Part shown: one piece after another, positions 20,259 to 30,964 of the stretch
Numbering within the stretch: position 1 is the stretch's first letter
How the letters are laid out: every line of letters starts with the position of its first letter
Source of the DNA: Candidatus Poribacteria bacterium
GTDB lineage: Bacteria > Poribacteria > WGA-4E > UBA9662
Length of the DNA stretch: 64,000 nt
Assembly: GCA_046582655.1 (NCBI GenBank)
Contig: JAYGDX010000208.1
Span: 1-64,000, forward strand
Reading direction: 5' to 3'
The notes under the pieces: generated by a model
The model's input: only the letters and a program-made list of their open reading frames with translations
The model's database searches: none
Told to the model about the DNA's origin: nothing
Program-made: the position numbers and the translations under genes

Positions 20259-20363
20259 ATCAACATGGCACCTAAAACAGGCAACAAGCCGTTGAGGTAC
20301 TCGAGACTTACGTTTGACTCCATTCTAATACTTTTGATATTCTCAATTGATATACTATTCTTA

Positions 20364-20729
20364 GAACCTGTTTGGGAAAAAGAAGGGGTTGAAATAGTAA
20401 GAAGTTCCATGTGACACTGATGGATAAGAAAAGCCTGAGTCAACCATGGAACAGAAGAATGCTAACGCCGATATGATAGATCAACAATTGGCAATGCCTA
20501 CAGCTCTATCTACCAAGTGCTGACCCACCAAGAGCTCATCTGGTCCGATGGGATCAACCACTGATTCTCAATGTCATCTGCTATCTGGTTGCCACCAGTT
20601 GTCAATGGCGGATGTTGCCCAAGGGTTTCCTGCCTTGGAAAAGTGTCTACTCCCACTATTGCAAATGGCGTCAGCAGGAAAGATGGTTCCTAGTCCATCC
20701 ATCCTATCTTCGGTTTGGTAAACAATCTC
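20364..20729 (+). mobile_element. IS5-family transposase remnant (internally deleted)
   Basis: ILNVICYLVATSCQWRMLPKGFLPWKSVYSHYCKWRQQERW matches the IS5 N-terminal CQWRxLPxxFPPWxxVY motif; imperfect ends gaacctgtttgggaa / ttggtaaacaatctc. Confidence 0.8.
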
Positions 20730-20732
20730 TGT

Positions 20733-21480
20733 TCAACTGTCAACTGCCACTGCTTCATGATTAAAACGCCCCATTGCTTTCAAAGGAATAATTTTTGTCA
20801 ATCCTGTTATTGACCGAGCAGTGACCTCAAAATTATAACCGTGGTCTTCAGCGAAATTATCACCTGATGTAAGAGTATCTTTGTCACAGGTTATCCAGGT
20901 GCTCCAAGGGGTTGGACCACCAGCACAGTTATTGTTAGTACCCACGAGACTCATAAAATGCTTTTCTAACCTATTCGTTTTCGTATTGTAGACCAAATTA
21001 GTTGTTCCACCAATAGCTGGTCGATTGTTTAGTCTAGAGTCATATAAATGATCACTGTTGATTCTTTTCAGTAAACGGTTATCTTCGCCAAATCCAGATT
21101 TTTCTAGATCTTTACTTGGTAGCTCCTTTTTGTAGGCTCTGATTTCATGGTTGCGAACTAAGATGGTCGTATCCTTAGTTATTCCAGGAAACGCAGCCAT
21201 GCCATCGTGTCCTCCGGGAACCAATAGCCCATCGTCCATCATCTCGCCGGTTTTGGAAAAAGTCTGATATGAAAATTCTTTGGGCAAATCAATTATACTA
21301 TTCGGATCTAGAAGAATCTTACCAAATGGAATAATTCGAAGTTCATCAAATGATATTTTAAGTATCTTCTTAAGCTCCGAAATCCTAGTGCAACAGATCC
21401 TCCTGTGATAGCCAAAGCAGGGGCACTATATCTTATAAAATTCCTTCGATTTATCTTTATGGTGGGTAGGTTTATCCATA
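20733..21480 (-). pseudogene. PhoX-family (DUF839) alkaline phosphatase, frameshifted and 3'-truncated
   Basis: Off-frame Tat signal INRRNFIRY; HDGMAAF, LVRNHE, GTNNNCAGGPTPWSTWITC, MGRFNHEAVAVD; ends next to the IS remnant. Confidence 0.8.
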
Positions 21481-21793
21481 CCAATTTTTCTGGTTATTCT
21501 AATGCAGGCCAGCAACCAAGCAATTGTGTAAAGCTCTGATAAAATGAATCACCAGAGCTTTACCTAAGGGGGATTCTAGAACGACTTGAATATAGCGATA
21601 AGGTTATACATTTATATCAAGAAAATCTCACCTATTTACAAAATGCTGGCCAAACCACATTTCCGTTACAGATTAAGATATAATTTGATTTAGATAAAGT
21701 GAAAAACTCCAATATCCTCCGTAAAGCCTATAATCTTTAACGGTTCGGGGTTGATAGTATGGGCTCGGCAAAAGTTGGACAAGAATCACGTAA

Positions 21794-23752
21794 ATGAGGA
21801 ACAAGACACCAATACAAGCACTCGTGAGAAACAACAAACTTCCAATAACAGCTAGATCTGTTATTATTGGTTTTATCTTAATTCCCTTTAATAGCTATTG
21901 GATTCTGCATCTCAGTTATGTTTGGGATTCTAACCGTCCAACGAGCCTCTCACTTCTCTTCAACGTTTTATTCACCTTAATCGTTCTTATTGCTGTTAAC
22001 GAACTCTTATACTGTTTAAATCCCAAGTTGGTTTTCAGCCAAACGGAGCTGATTACCATCTACGTTATGCTTTGTCAGGCGTCCGTTTTTGCCGGGCGTG
22101 ATATGGTTCAAGTCCTGATTCCATTGATGAGCAATGGTTTCTGGTATGCAACCAGCGAAAACGAATGGAGTCAGCTTTTTCACCGTCATTTGCCTCCTTG
22201 GTTAGTGGTAGAAGACAGGGAACTTTTACGCGGTTTTTATCAAGGACAATCGACCTTGTATTTGATTTCACATATCTTTGCTTGGATCAAACCGGTACTT
22301 ATCTGGTTGGGGTTCTGCTTGATTCTGGGCATTACCATGTTCTGTCTGAATGTGCTATTGCGAAAACAGTGGCAGGAGTATGAAAAGCTAACGTATCCTA
22401 TCATTCAACTTCCATACGAAATCACACTGTCGTACGGAGCCAATACTGGATATGTTAATGACAGCCGGCGTTTCTTTTTCAGTCGACTTGTATGGTTGGG
22501 AGTAGTGATATCCGGCGTTTTAAACCTGCTTTATAGTTTGAATCAGATTGATCCGTCTTTTCCCTCTATTCCACTATACCGATCATTCCACTTGGTTGAA
22601 AGGCCATGGAGTGCAATGAATAATCCTGGATTTTGAATCAGTTTTTTTCCGTTTGCAATTGGAGTTGGATTTCTCATTCCCCTTGATCTTGGTTTCTCTT
22701 GTTGGTTTTTCCATCTGTTCTGGCATTTTGAGAGGATAGTAGGTGATGTATTCGGTTGGCGTAGCGCAATTGGATTTCCGAGAGAGATGGCACAAATCCG
22801 CGGCACATGGATTGGGATCTTTGTTTTCACTATGTGGATGGGACGTCATCATTTTAAAACTGTATTCTCTAGAATACTGACAAGTCAAACGGGAGTTCAG
22901 GAGGAAGCGTTAAGTTATCATACAGCAATTATAGGTGCAGTCACCGGCTTATTTTTAATTATCTTATTTTGTTATCAAGCAGGTATGTTGGTTTGGATCG
23001 CTTTACTGTTTTTTATTATTTATTTTGCTATGTCAATTACAATCACACGAATACGAGCCGAACTCGGGCCACCAGCGCATGATTTCTATAATGCTGGGCC
23101 AGATTTATTCTTAATTGAGACTTTCGGTACCCGTCAAATCAATGCCCAAAACCTTTCTGTGATGTCATTGTTTTTTTGGCTGAACCACTTGTCATACCGG
23201 GCACATCCGATGCCACATCAACTGGAGGCTCTTAAACTCTCTCATCAAACCAGAATTAACCAATTCCACATTTTTCTGGTCATCATCCTGGCCATCGTAA
23301 TTGGCGCTTTTTCAGCTATGTGGGGACATTTACACATTTCTTATGAAATCGGATTGGAACAGGCCAGATCGTGGTATGCTCGATCCGCCTTCACCAGATT
23401 GGCAGGGTGGCTCTATAATCCAAGCGAAACACAGGCAAGTGGTTTGATCTTTACCCTGGGTGGGTTCGTCGTCTCAATTGCACTCTTGGTCTTGCGTCTG
23501 AGGTTCGTTCAGTGGCCGTTACATCCTGTTGGCTATGTAGTATCCAGCTGGTGGACATTTACAGGCCTTTGGTTTCCAATTTTGATAAGTTGGACTATCA
23601 AACGTCTTCTTCTCTCTTATGGTGGAGTTCGAAATTATCGACGTGTCGTACCATTTTTTCTGGGATTAATCGTTGGCGACGTTGTTGTCGCGTCAACCAT
23701 CAGCATTTTAGGGCTTATTTTTAACTTTAGCGTTCGTTATTTGAGCTGGTAA
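21794..23752 (+). pseudogene. Polytopic membrane protein (DUF6785/DUF6784-like), split by one in-frame TGA at 22634-22636
   Basis: ORFs 21794-22636 and 22787-23752 share a frame; EKLTYPI, RIRAELG, WPLHPVGY, PFFLGLIVGD. Confidence 0.75.
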
Positions 23753-23782
23753 CTTTCAGATCTATGGACAGATCTGAAAGTT
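23751..23782. terminator. Hairpin between convergent genes, probable bidirectional terminator
   Basis: Perfect 13-bp inverted repeat aactttcagatct-atggac-agatctgaaagtt. Confidence 0.65.
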
Positions 23783-23787
23783 GTTCG

Positions 23788-24774
23788 CTATCGATAACGC
23801 TTGGTACTGTATCGATGGGCGAGCAATGATAAAATAATAAGCAGCCCTTTAAAAAATTGAATGTAGAATCCTGTCAAACCCGCGGCAACAACCCCTGTTT
23901 CCATAAAAGAGACAATGATGGCACCAAGCGCCCCACCAACAACTGTACCGACACCTCCCCAAGTTGGTGTCCCACCTACAAATACAGAAGCTAACGCAGT
24001 GAGCAGATAACCATCACCAGTCGTTGGCCACCAAGAAAAATTAACCAGAACAGAGAAAACACCTGCTAAGGCTGATCCCAAACCAACAAGAATAAAAAAA
24101 GAAATCCTGACCCGTTTAACATCAATTCCCATCTGTGCTGCACTTTCGGGGTTGTCCCCAACGCAGTGTACCCAAGCCCCGTAACTATGCTGATTAAATA
24201 CGAAAGCAAAAAATATAGTGAACAGTAGTACCCACATCGTTTGCACAGGAAGTCCCAAGAAGGTTCCAGCTAAAGCATTATGAAACAGACTGTCCTGTAA
24301 TCCTAGTATAGTAATTGATCTACCTTCAGTGAAAATCATAATAAAACCGCGCAAGAGGAAGTTGAAACCAAGTGTACAGACCAATGAGGACAGATTCCCA
24401 TAGACGACAATTGTGCCGATAACAGCGCCAATCGCCATTCCCACAACCACAGCCAAGATTAAACCCAAAATCGGTGGTAGTCCTTTTTGGATCGCTAGTG
24501 AAAAAATCCACGAGGACATTGCCATATTGGATGGAAACGATAGATCTATTTCTCCACCTGTAACAGTGAAGACTAAAGGTACAACCAAGAAGATGGCAAC
24601 CGGAAGGGTAACAAACACAGCATTGTAGATTATGGGGTTGGTAAATACCTTAGGGTTGGCAATCAAAAAGCAGGTCATCATCACTGTAAAAAAAAACAGA
24701 GTACTTAAACTTGCCCTGTTTTCACCAATAAATAATGCAAATGGTGTCACGCTTTTCGTTGTTTTGACCATCAT
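23788..24774 (-). CDS. Sugar ABC transporter permease (CUT2/RbsC family)
   Basis: GEIDLSF, VGDNPESAAQMGI, ASVFVGGT...GGVGTVVG. Confidence 0.92.
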   Translation of the reverse strand: MMVKTTKSVTPFALFIGENRASLSTLFFFTVMMTCFLIANPKVFTNPIIYNAVFVTLPVAIFLVVPLVFTVTGGEIDLSFPSNMAMSSWIFSLAIQKGLPPILGLILAVVVGMAIGAVIGTIVVYGNLSSLVCTLGFNFLLRGFIMIFTEGRSITILGLQDSLFHNALAGTFLGLPVQTMWVLLFTIFFAFVFNQHSYGAWVHCVGDNPESAAQMGIDVKRVRISFFILVGLGSALAGVFSVLVNFSWWPTTGDGYLLTALASVFVGGTPTWGGVGTVVGGALGAIIVSFMETGVVAAGLTGFYIQFFKGLLIILSLLAHRYSTKRYR

Positions 24775-24805
24775 CTATTACTTAGACAAATCAGAGTTTG
24801 TTTCC

Positions 24806-25555
24806 TCATTGAGACCGTGCAACTTGCTGCATGAATCTGATTAGTTCTTCGGGGGTCCCGTAGGTCTCTCTCGTGCATTTCAGGACAACTTTTCCTCGAT
24901 CTAAAACAACAAACCGATCTGCTATACCAAAAACATGATAGATATTATGACCAATAAACACAACCGACCGTCCCGATTCCCGCACATTCCTGACGAAGCT
25001 AAAGACCTTTTCCGTTTCTGTTAAAGAGAGGGCGGTTGTCGGCTCGTCCAGAACAATCAGTTTCGCATTGAAATATAAAGCCCTGGCAATGGCGACGCCT
25101 TGGCGTTCCCCGCCAGAAAGTGTTCCAACAATTGAATCAGGTGTGAATACTTCGGAAGTAAACCCAATATCTCGCATTAAACGTTCGGCTTCGGTATACT
25201 GCCTTTTATTATCGATAAAACCTATAAAGGTTTTTATCTCTCGCCCCATGAAAATATTACGGGAAATTGTTTGTTGAACAGCGAGTGCCCGATCTTGAAA
25301 TACCGTTTCTATTCCTGCCTGACGGGATTTGCTGGCATTCCAATGATTGGCTTTCTGGTCATGTAAGAAAATATCGCCTGTATCGGGAACATACACACCA
25401 GCAAGAATCTTAATCAGAGTGGATTTACCCGCACCGTTATCACCAATTAGCCCCACTACCTCGCCAGCGTTGACGTGAAAAGAAACCGAATCCAAAGCGT
25501 AGACATTACCAAACGATTTCGAAATGCTTTGTAACGAGATAATGGGCGGTTTCAT
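24806..25555 (-). CDS. Sugar ABC transporter ATP-binding protein (single domain)
   Basis: GDNGAGKS, LSGGERQ, LDEPT. Confidence 0.95.
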   Translation of the reverse strand: MKPPIISLQSISKSFGNVYALDSVSFHVNAGEVVGLIGDNGAGKSTLIKILAGVYVPDTGDIFLHDQKANHWNASKSRQAGIETVFQDRALAVQQTISRNIFMGREIKTFIGFIDNKRQYTEAERLMRDIGFTSEVFTPDSIVGTLSGGERQGVAIARALYFNAKLIVLDEPTTALSLTETEKVFSFVRNVRESGRSVVFIGHNIYHVFGIADRFVVLDRGKVVLKCTRETYGTPEELIRFMQQVARSQ

Positions 25556-25586
25556 AACAGCATCTGTAAGTGTCGTCTATTGAAAC

Positions 25587-26597
25587 TTAACGATAGCCGT
25601 CCCTCGCTAGTTTGGCGACCAGCGTATAATTTTGCGGTGTGACAAAACCAGCACCTGTGTCAACATTCAGCGGTTCAAATCCGTAGACTTTTTGCAAGCA
25701 GAGGCTGAGGACTGGCAGATATCCTTGGAGGAAAGGTTGCTGATCTGAGGTTAAATGTATCCAACCTTCATCGAAAGCGTCCATGATTTGTGGACTGGTA
25801 TCGAACCCAATGATGAAAATGTCGCCCGGTTTTTTTCTGGCTGCTTTTAAATAGGTGGGAGCATTCCCCAAAGCTTGTCCTCCTGGATATGCAATTAGCT
25901 TGGTATCTGGATTATTGAGTAAAGCCGAAGTGTGTACTGGAATAAGTAAGTTTGGATCTTTGGCTACATCAGGCCCGGCAAATATCTTGATGACCTTCAT
26001 ACCGATGTCTTCAAATGCCTTAACTGTCCCTAGCTCGCGCAATGCTCTGTTCATTTCGTTCCACGGCCCAAAAATGATGGCTTTATCGCCTGATTTTAAT
26101 TTGAATTGCTTAATCGCTTCTACTCCTAGAGCATATCCTTGTGGGCTTAGATCAGCTCCAATATATCCTCCCCCATAGCTGGAGCGGACGGCTGGTACAT
26201 CAACATTAAGATAGATCATCAAGACACCCAATTTTTTGGCGTGAGCGGCCAGTGGCATAATTGCATCGTCCGCTGGATGTCCCATCATGGCGATACCATC
26301 TGGTTTGGTTGCAATTGATTCTCTTAACTGCTGTGTCATTTTTTCCATCGACCAATCTGAAAACAAACATTCGACGTTTGCTCCGGTATCTTTCGCTGCT
26401 TGTAATGCGCCAGCATATACAATAGAACCGAACGCATCACCTTCAGCACCACCGGTAAAGAACCGAATTCTGATAGCTGAAGCCCATTTATTTTTGACAC
26501 CCTGCCCATAGCTGGGTGAAACAAATGTGTTGGTTGATCCAATTATCATTAAGAAAAAAATAAGCTGTAAAACAGAGGTGAGTCGTTCATTCCCCAT
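25587..26597 (-). CDS. Sugar ABC transporter substrate-binding protein
   Basis: Signal peptide, KPDGIA, IIGFD, DQQPFLQGY; operon context. Confidence 0.9.
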   Translation of the reverse strand: MGNERLTSVLQLIFFLMIIGSTNTFVSPSYGQGVKNKWASAIRIRFFTGGAEGDAFGSIVYAGALQAAKDTGANVECLFSDWSMEKMTQQLRESIATKPDGIAMMGHPADDAIMPLAAHAKKLGVLMIYLNVDVPAVRSSYGGGYIGADLSPQGYALGVEAIKQFKLKSGDKAIIFGPWNEMNRALRELGTVKAFEDIGMKVIKIFAGPDVAKDPNLLIPVHTSALLNNPDTKLIAYPGGQALGNAPTYLKAARKKPGDIFIIGFDTSPQIMDAFDEGWIHLTSDQQPFLQGYLPVLSLCLQKVYGFEPLNVDTGAGFVTPQNYTLVAKLARDGYR

Positions 26598-26819
26598 ATC
26601 TATTCCTTTATATTTAAAACCACAACCAAGGTTATGATTTAATCATGCGGCTAAGTGTCACAAACAACATATCCATCTGTCCTGTGTAATTACTACTTCA
26701 TATCAAGAAAATCAATGGTTTGGCTGAAACTGTTTATTGAGTTGAATGGCTGCAACATTGGAAATCAAATAAATTATCTATTATTAATAAACTGTGTGTG
26801 CCAAACTGACTGGAACTAC

Positions 26820-28271
26820 CTAAACTTCAGGGAAAACATTACAATCATCTGGGGCCGTCCAACGATCCGGAATATCATCCATGGAAAGACTCGCGTGCTG
26901 ATTATATTCGGCCAGTATCTTTTGATCTTGACCTGCCGTTTCCAGTGTGTTCAGTACAGTTTCTCCTGACCAGCCTTTTAATACTTCGGCTAGTAGTTCT
27001 TTCCGAATAGATGCATAGGCCTGGTCCTGTCCTAGATCGTTCCATTCGTCCGGATCTTGATCTAAGTTAAACAGTTGTGGATGATCGTAAGAGTGGTAAT
27101 GACTCAGTTTCCAAGGTCCACGCCGAATCATTCTCCCTGGCGCGTCGCCGGATAACCCCCCAAGTTCAGCCAAGATGGTATCTGGCCAACTGTCGTTATC
27201 AAAAATATCAGGCTGAAGAAAACGATACAAACTTCGACCACGCACATTCTGCATTGGAGAACCACCGGCGATCTCTACCAGTGTTGGTCCAATGTCAAGC
27301 AGACTAGTTGCCTGTTGGATGGTTTGTCCTTCAGCTACTTGTCCTGGTTGGGAAAAAATCAGCGGCACGCCAACCGATCCTTGGTAAAAACTTGACTTCC
27401 ACCACATTCTATGATCACCTGCCATCTCGCCATGATCAGAGGTATAGATAACGAGTGTATTCTTCCCAAACTGAGTTTGTGCCAGCGTTTCTAAGATATG
27501 TCCGATAAGCTCATCCATGAAGGTTACCAAACCATAGTAGGCGGCACGTGCCGTCTTTACTTCCTCATCCGTCAGTCGATCCACCTGTCGTTTGTTTCGC
27601 CAAGCCTGCATAAATGGATGTAACGTGTTTAGGTAGTCTTTGGGTAGTGACGTCGCATCAATCTGATCGAAGTACTCCTCAAACAACCGCTTCGGCACAA
27701 TAAAGGGACAATGGGGCAATACGAAACCAACAGTTAGTAGGAATGGACGATCAGGGGGAAGTCTATCCATCTCCAACAGAAATTTGTTGCAGGCCTGTGT
27801 GACTTCCTGATCATATCGTGTATAAGCTGTTCGACCCGCACCAGCTACCTTGACACCAGCAGCAGTTTGCCCCGTGGTTGAAAGCGGAATATGTTCTAGT
27901 TTTGCATGGACGTCGCCGATAATCCTTCGTTCAAAACCATGACGCTGATCAGTACCAGAAAAATGCATGCGGCCACAAAGGGCTGTCTGGTAACCAGAAT
28001 TGACAAGATAATGGACAAATGTGGGGATCTCTGATGACAAACGACAACGGTTGGTCCAAACCCTAATGTCTGAACTGTGGCGGCTGGTGAGGAAAGTCAT
28101 ACGTGAAGGTACACATAACGGGTTAGCACAGTACGTATTTTCGAACCTAGTTCCCTGTTCTGCCAGTTGATCTAACACTGGTGTTCTCACTACTGGATCT
28201 CCAGCACATCCCAGCAAACGCGCACTGTGTTGATCAGACATGATCAATAAAATGTTTGGTTGTTCGCTCAT
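26820..28271 (-). CDS. Sulfatase (choline-sulfatase-like)
   Basis: PNILLIMSDQH, CVPSR, GRMHF, SDHGEM. Confidence 0.93.
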   Translation of the reverse strand: MSEQPNILLIMSDQHSARLLGCAGDPVVRTPVLDQLAEQGTRFENTYCANPLCVPSRMTFLTSRHSSDIRVWTNRCRLSSEIPTFVHYLVNSGYQTALCGRMHFSGTDQRHGFERRIIGDVHAKLEHIPLSTTGQTAAGVKVAGAGRTAYTRYDQEVTQACNKFLLEMDRLPPDRPFLLTVGFVLPHCPFIVPKRLFEEYFDQIDATSLPKDYLNTLHPFMQAWRNKRQVDRLTDEEVKTARAAYYGLVTFMDELIGHILETLAQTQFGKNTLVIYTSDHGEMAGDHRMWWKSSFYQGSVGVPLIFSQPGQVAEGQTIQQATSLLDIGPTLVEIAGGSPMQNVRGRSLYRFLQPDIFDNDSWPDTILAELGGLSGDAPGRMIRRGPWKLSHYHSYDHPQLFNLDQDPDEWNDLGQDQAYASIRKELLAEVLKGWSGETVLNTLETAGQDQKILAEYNQHASLSMDDIPDRWTAPDDCNVFPEV

Positions 28272-28428
28272 CAGAAATGTACAGGAATGCGGATTACTGA
28301 CTCCTTTAAATCTATAGGCACCACGGATGTGCCAAAATTATATCATGAATTTTCAATTGAAAATCCAAACATTCCACTGAATGTCTTGATAATGTTTTAC
28401 CTTATCCACTTTAAAGCAAAGACCATAA

Positions 28429-29010
28429 TTAGTATTTCCAGTATTTTAAGAGTGGCCCGTTTCTTCCATAAACCGGATCTGTTGATGGCAAATTCACACG
28501 TTTGATGTTCCGAATGGCCTTCAATCTATCACCTGAGTTGGATGTCGCTCTATCGTCACAGAGGTCAGGCGTTTGATTAGGTGGATAAGCTCCAACGACG
28601 CATAGATCCGAACTGGCACCCAAGTTTTTATGTCCTACTCCCGCTGGAATGACCACGACATCACCCGACGAAACGGAGAATATTATACCTCTTCTGCCGC
28701 CGAATTGCACTTTGGCGGTGCCCATGCAAATACCGAGGACTTCGTGCGCCGTGCTATGGTAATGATGATAGCTAAAAATACCGTTCCTCCAACATCCCTG
28801 CCAGCTATTTGCAGTGAATAATGACTGACACATCGATATCGGATCGTTGCCCAAGACGCTAAATGCCTTTGGGTAAACCAAAAGCGGCAGTTTTTGGTTG
28901 TTGGGAATTCGACCATCACCCGTTAATATTTCACATATCACATTGGAAGCATTGACAAACTCATTGAAATCGGGTTCCAAGTTTAAGGCAATATAAGCTT
29001 GATCGTTCAT
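28429..29010 (-). CDS. Cupin-domain protein (YjlB-like)
   Basis: YHHYHSTAHEVLG, GDVVVIPAGVGH, VVGAYP, DPVYG. Confidence 0.88.
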   Translation of the reverse strand: MNDQAYIALNLEPDFNEFVNASNVICEILTGDGRIPNNQKLPLLVYPKAFSVLGNDPISMCQSLFTANSWQGCWRNGIFSYHHYHSTAHEVLGICMGTAKVQFGGRRGIIFSVSSGDVVVIPAGVGHKNLGASSDLCVVGAYPPNQTPDLCDDRATSNSGDRLKAIRNIKRVNLPSTDPVYGRNGPLLKYWKY

Positions 29011-29333
29011 GTTTAATTACTTTCTAGGCATGATATCTGTATTGACTTTATACAATGAAGCAACTTTCCAGTAGGGTTACAAAAGTGATTTTTATCACCA
29101 ATTTTGGCTATGAATAGCGTATTATACTTCCACCTGCGGTTGACATTTCGAACGTTGATTTTAAAAAGCTATTATATCTCTTGTATCGAAAAGAGGCCAG
29201 TCGCAGCCATCATCTTCGTAATAAGCCATTGCTAATACTTCTTTGATAGATCTCATTTGGTAGCTAACCAGCGATGAAAACTAACACAGGAATTTCGATC
29301 GATTATTTCAATATGTTGGGATGGTTCACCGTT

Positions 29334-29361
29334 TTGACATTTGAACGGCAGATGATAAAAT
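29334..29361 (+). promoter_or_regulatory. Sigma70-type promoter upstream of phnW
   Basis: TTGACA-N16-TAAAAT with TGn extension. Confidence 0.6.
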
Positions 29362-29606
29362 CATTAGAACTTTTGCCTCTGGCAGAAAAAGGCATCAAGT
29401 GCTAATGAAATAAGCGTGATAAAAGAACTGGACTTTAGTAACTTAGTCCACTGAGTTTCTAAAGCTGAAAATTATTGCTTGGCAAATAAAGCTAGTTGTC
29501 ACTAAGTTTTAGGGCCTATAAAACTTTATGGAATAAAATATGATTGAATGGGCGCACCAGACACTTTTCAGCTCATTCATTTCAAGCTTAATAATGTGGG
29601 AAAAAT

Positions 29607-30739
29607 ATGAATATAATTACTTCAAATAAAGATAAAGTACTATTCACACCGGGGCCATTGACAACAAGTTGTACGGTTAAACAAGCGATGCTAACTGATC
29701 TTGGTTCGCGGGATGTTGCCTTCATCGAGATTGTCCGTCAAATTCGCCAGAAGTTATTGGAAATAGGGGCATGTTCCCCAAATAGATATACTGCGATACC
29801 CATGCAAGGCAGCGGTACTTTTGGAATTGAGGCTGTCGTTTCTTCAACAATTCCATCAGATGGAAAATTGCTGGTGATTGCCAACGGCGCATATGGAGAA
29901 CGGATTGCTAAAATAGCGGATGTGTTGAATATTAGTTGTCATGTTCTTAGGGGGCCTGAGGACAAAACTCCCGATCTTGACAGGGTCAAAAAAGTTCTTG
30001 AAGCAAACTTGGGATTTACCCATGTAGCAGTTGTACACTGCGAAACGACTACTGGTATTATCAATCCAATTCAGGAAATCGGGGAAATTTCCAACGACTT
30101 CGATTGCAAGTTTTTTGTTGACGCCATGAGCAGTTTTGGTGCTGTTACTATGAATTTCCATGATTGCTATATTGACTATTTAGTATCATCAGCCAATAAG
30201 TGTATTGAAGGTGTCCCAGGATTTTCGTTTGTAGTTGCTAGAACTAGGTACCTTAGAACAAACTCAAGGAATATGCCCGAAGCCTAAGCTTAGATCTATT
30301 CAATCAGTGGCAAGGGCTAGAGCAAAACGGGCAGTTTCGGTTTACTCCGCCGACACACGCACTGATGTCTTTTCACCAAGACTTAATTGAACTTGAAGTT
30401 GAAGGTGGAGTTGTCGGGCGTGCTATGCGTTACCGCCGGAATCATGAAATATTAGTTGAAGGTATGAAGAATATTGGTTTTGAGCTGTATCTGCAATCTG
30501 CTAATCGAAGTTATATCATTACATCTTTTATTTCACCCAGTCATCCCAATTTTAATTTTAACGATTTTTATCAACATTTAAGCAATTGTGGTTATCTAAT
30601 TTACCCAGGTAAAGTAAGTAATGAAGATTGCTTTCGAATTGGATCTATTGGTCGCATCTTTGAGCCGAACATACGCGCACTTCTATCTGCTATTCAGAAA
30701 ACTTTAACTGAGATGCAAGTTGACTTGTCAGGAACCTGA
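29607..30739 (+). pseudogene. phnW: 2-aminoethylphosphonate--pyruvate transaminase, frameshifted at about 30240-30272
   Basis: LFTPGPLTTS, DLGSRD, VHCETTTG, DAMSSFG, SANKCIEGVPG; continues off-frame as ARSLSLDL...QFRFTPPTH...IYPGKV. Confidence 0.9.
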
Positions 30740-30837
30740 AATTATTTGCAAATGCTGAGCCCTACTTTTAATCGAATTCCCCTTCGAAATAATCTTCAAA
30801 ATTATCTGAATATTGTATACCATCTTTTTTAAATCCC

Positions 30838-30846
30838 TGCTATAAT
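30838..30846 (+). promoter_or_regulatory. Extended -10 promoter
   Basis: TGcTATAAT upstream of the gene at 30965. Confidence 0.45.
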
Positions 30847-30964
30847 ACTGGGCTGAAGATAGGCATATGCGCTATTGTTAATTTAAGAAAGTTTTTCCAA
30901 ACACCTGATAGTCATAGCGTCTCCAAATTTGGTCAAGGTTTAAAAGGTCTTTCCCCAAAGTTAA

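Noticed and set aside
21528..21563. 11-bp inverted repeat between divergent genes
   Set aside because: Real but single-copy, with no U-tract and no assignable role
16759..22636. TGA-to-Trp recoding, suggested by in-frame TGAs at 16759 and 22634
   Set aside because: Intact genes end in TGA (8330, 13937, 15933, 56214) and use TGG for Trp; the 16759 locus also has a frameshift
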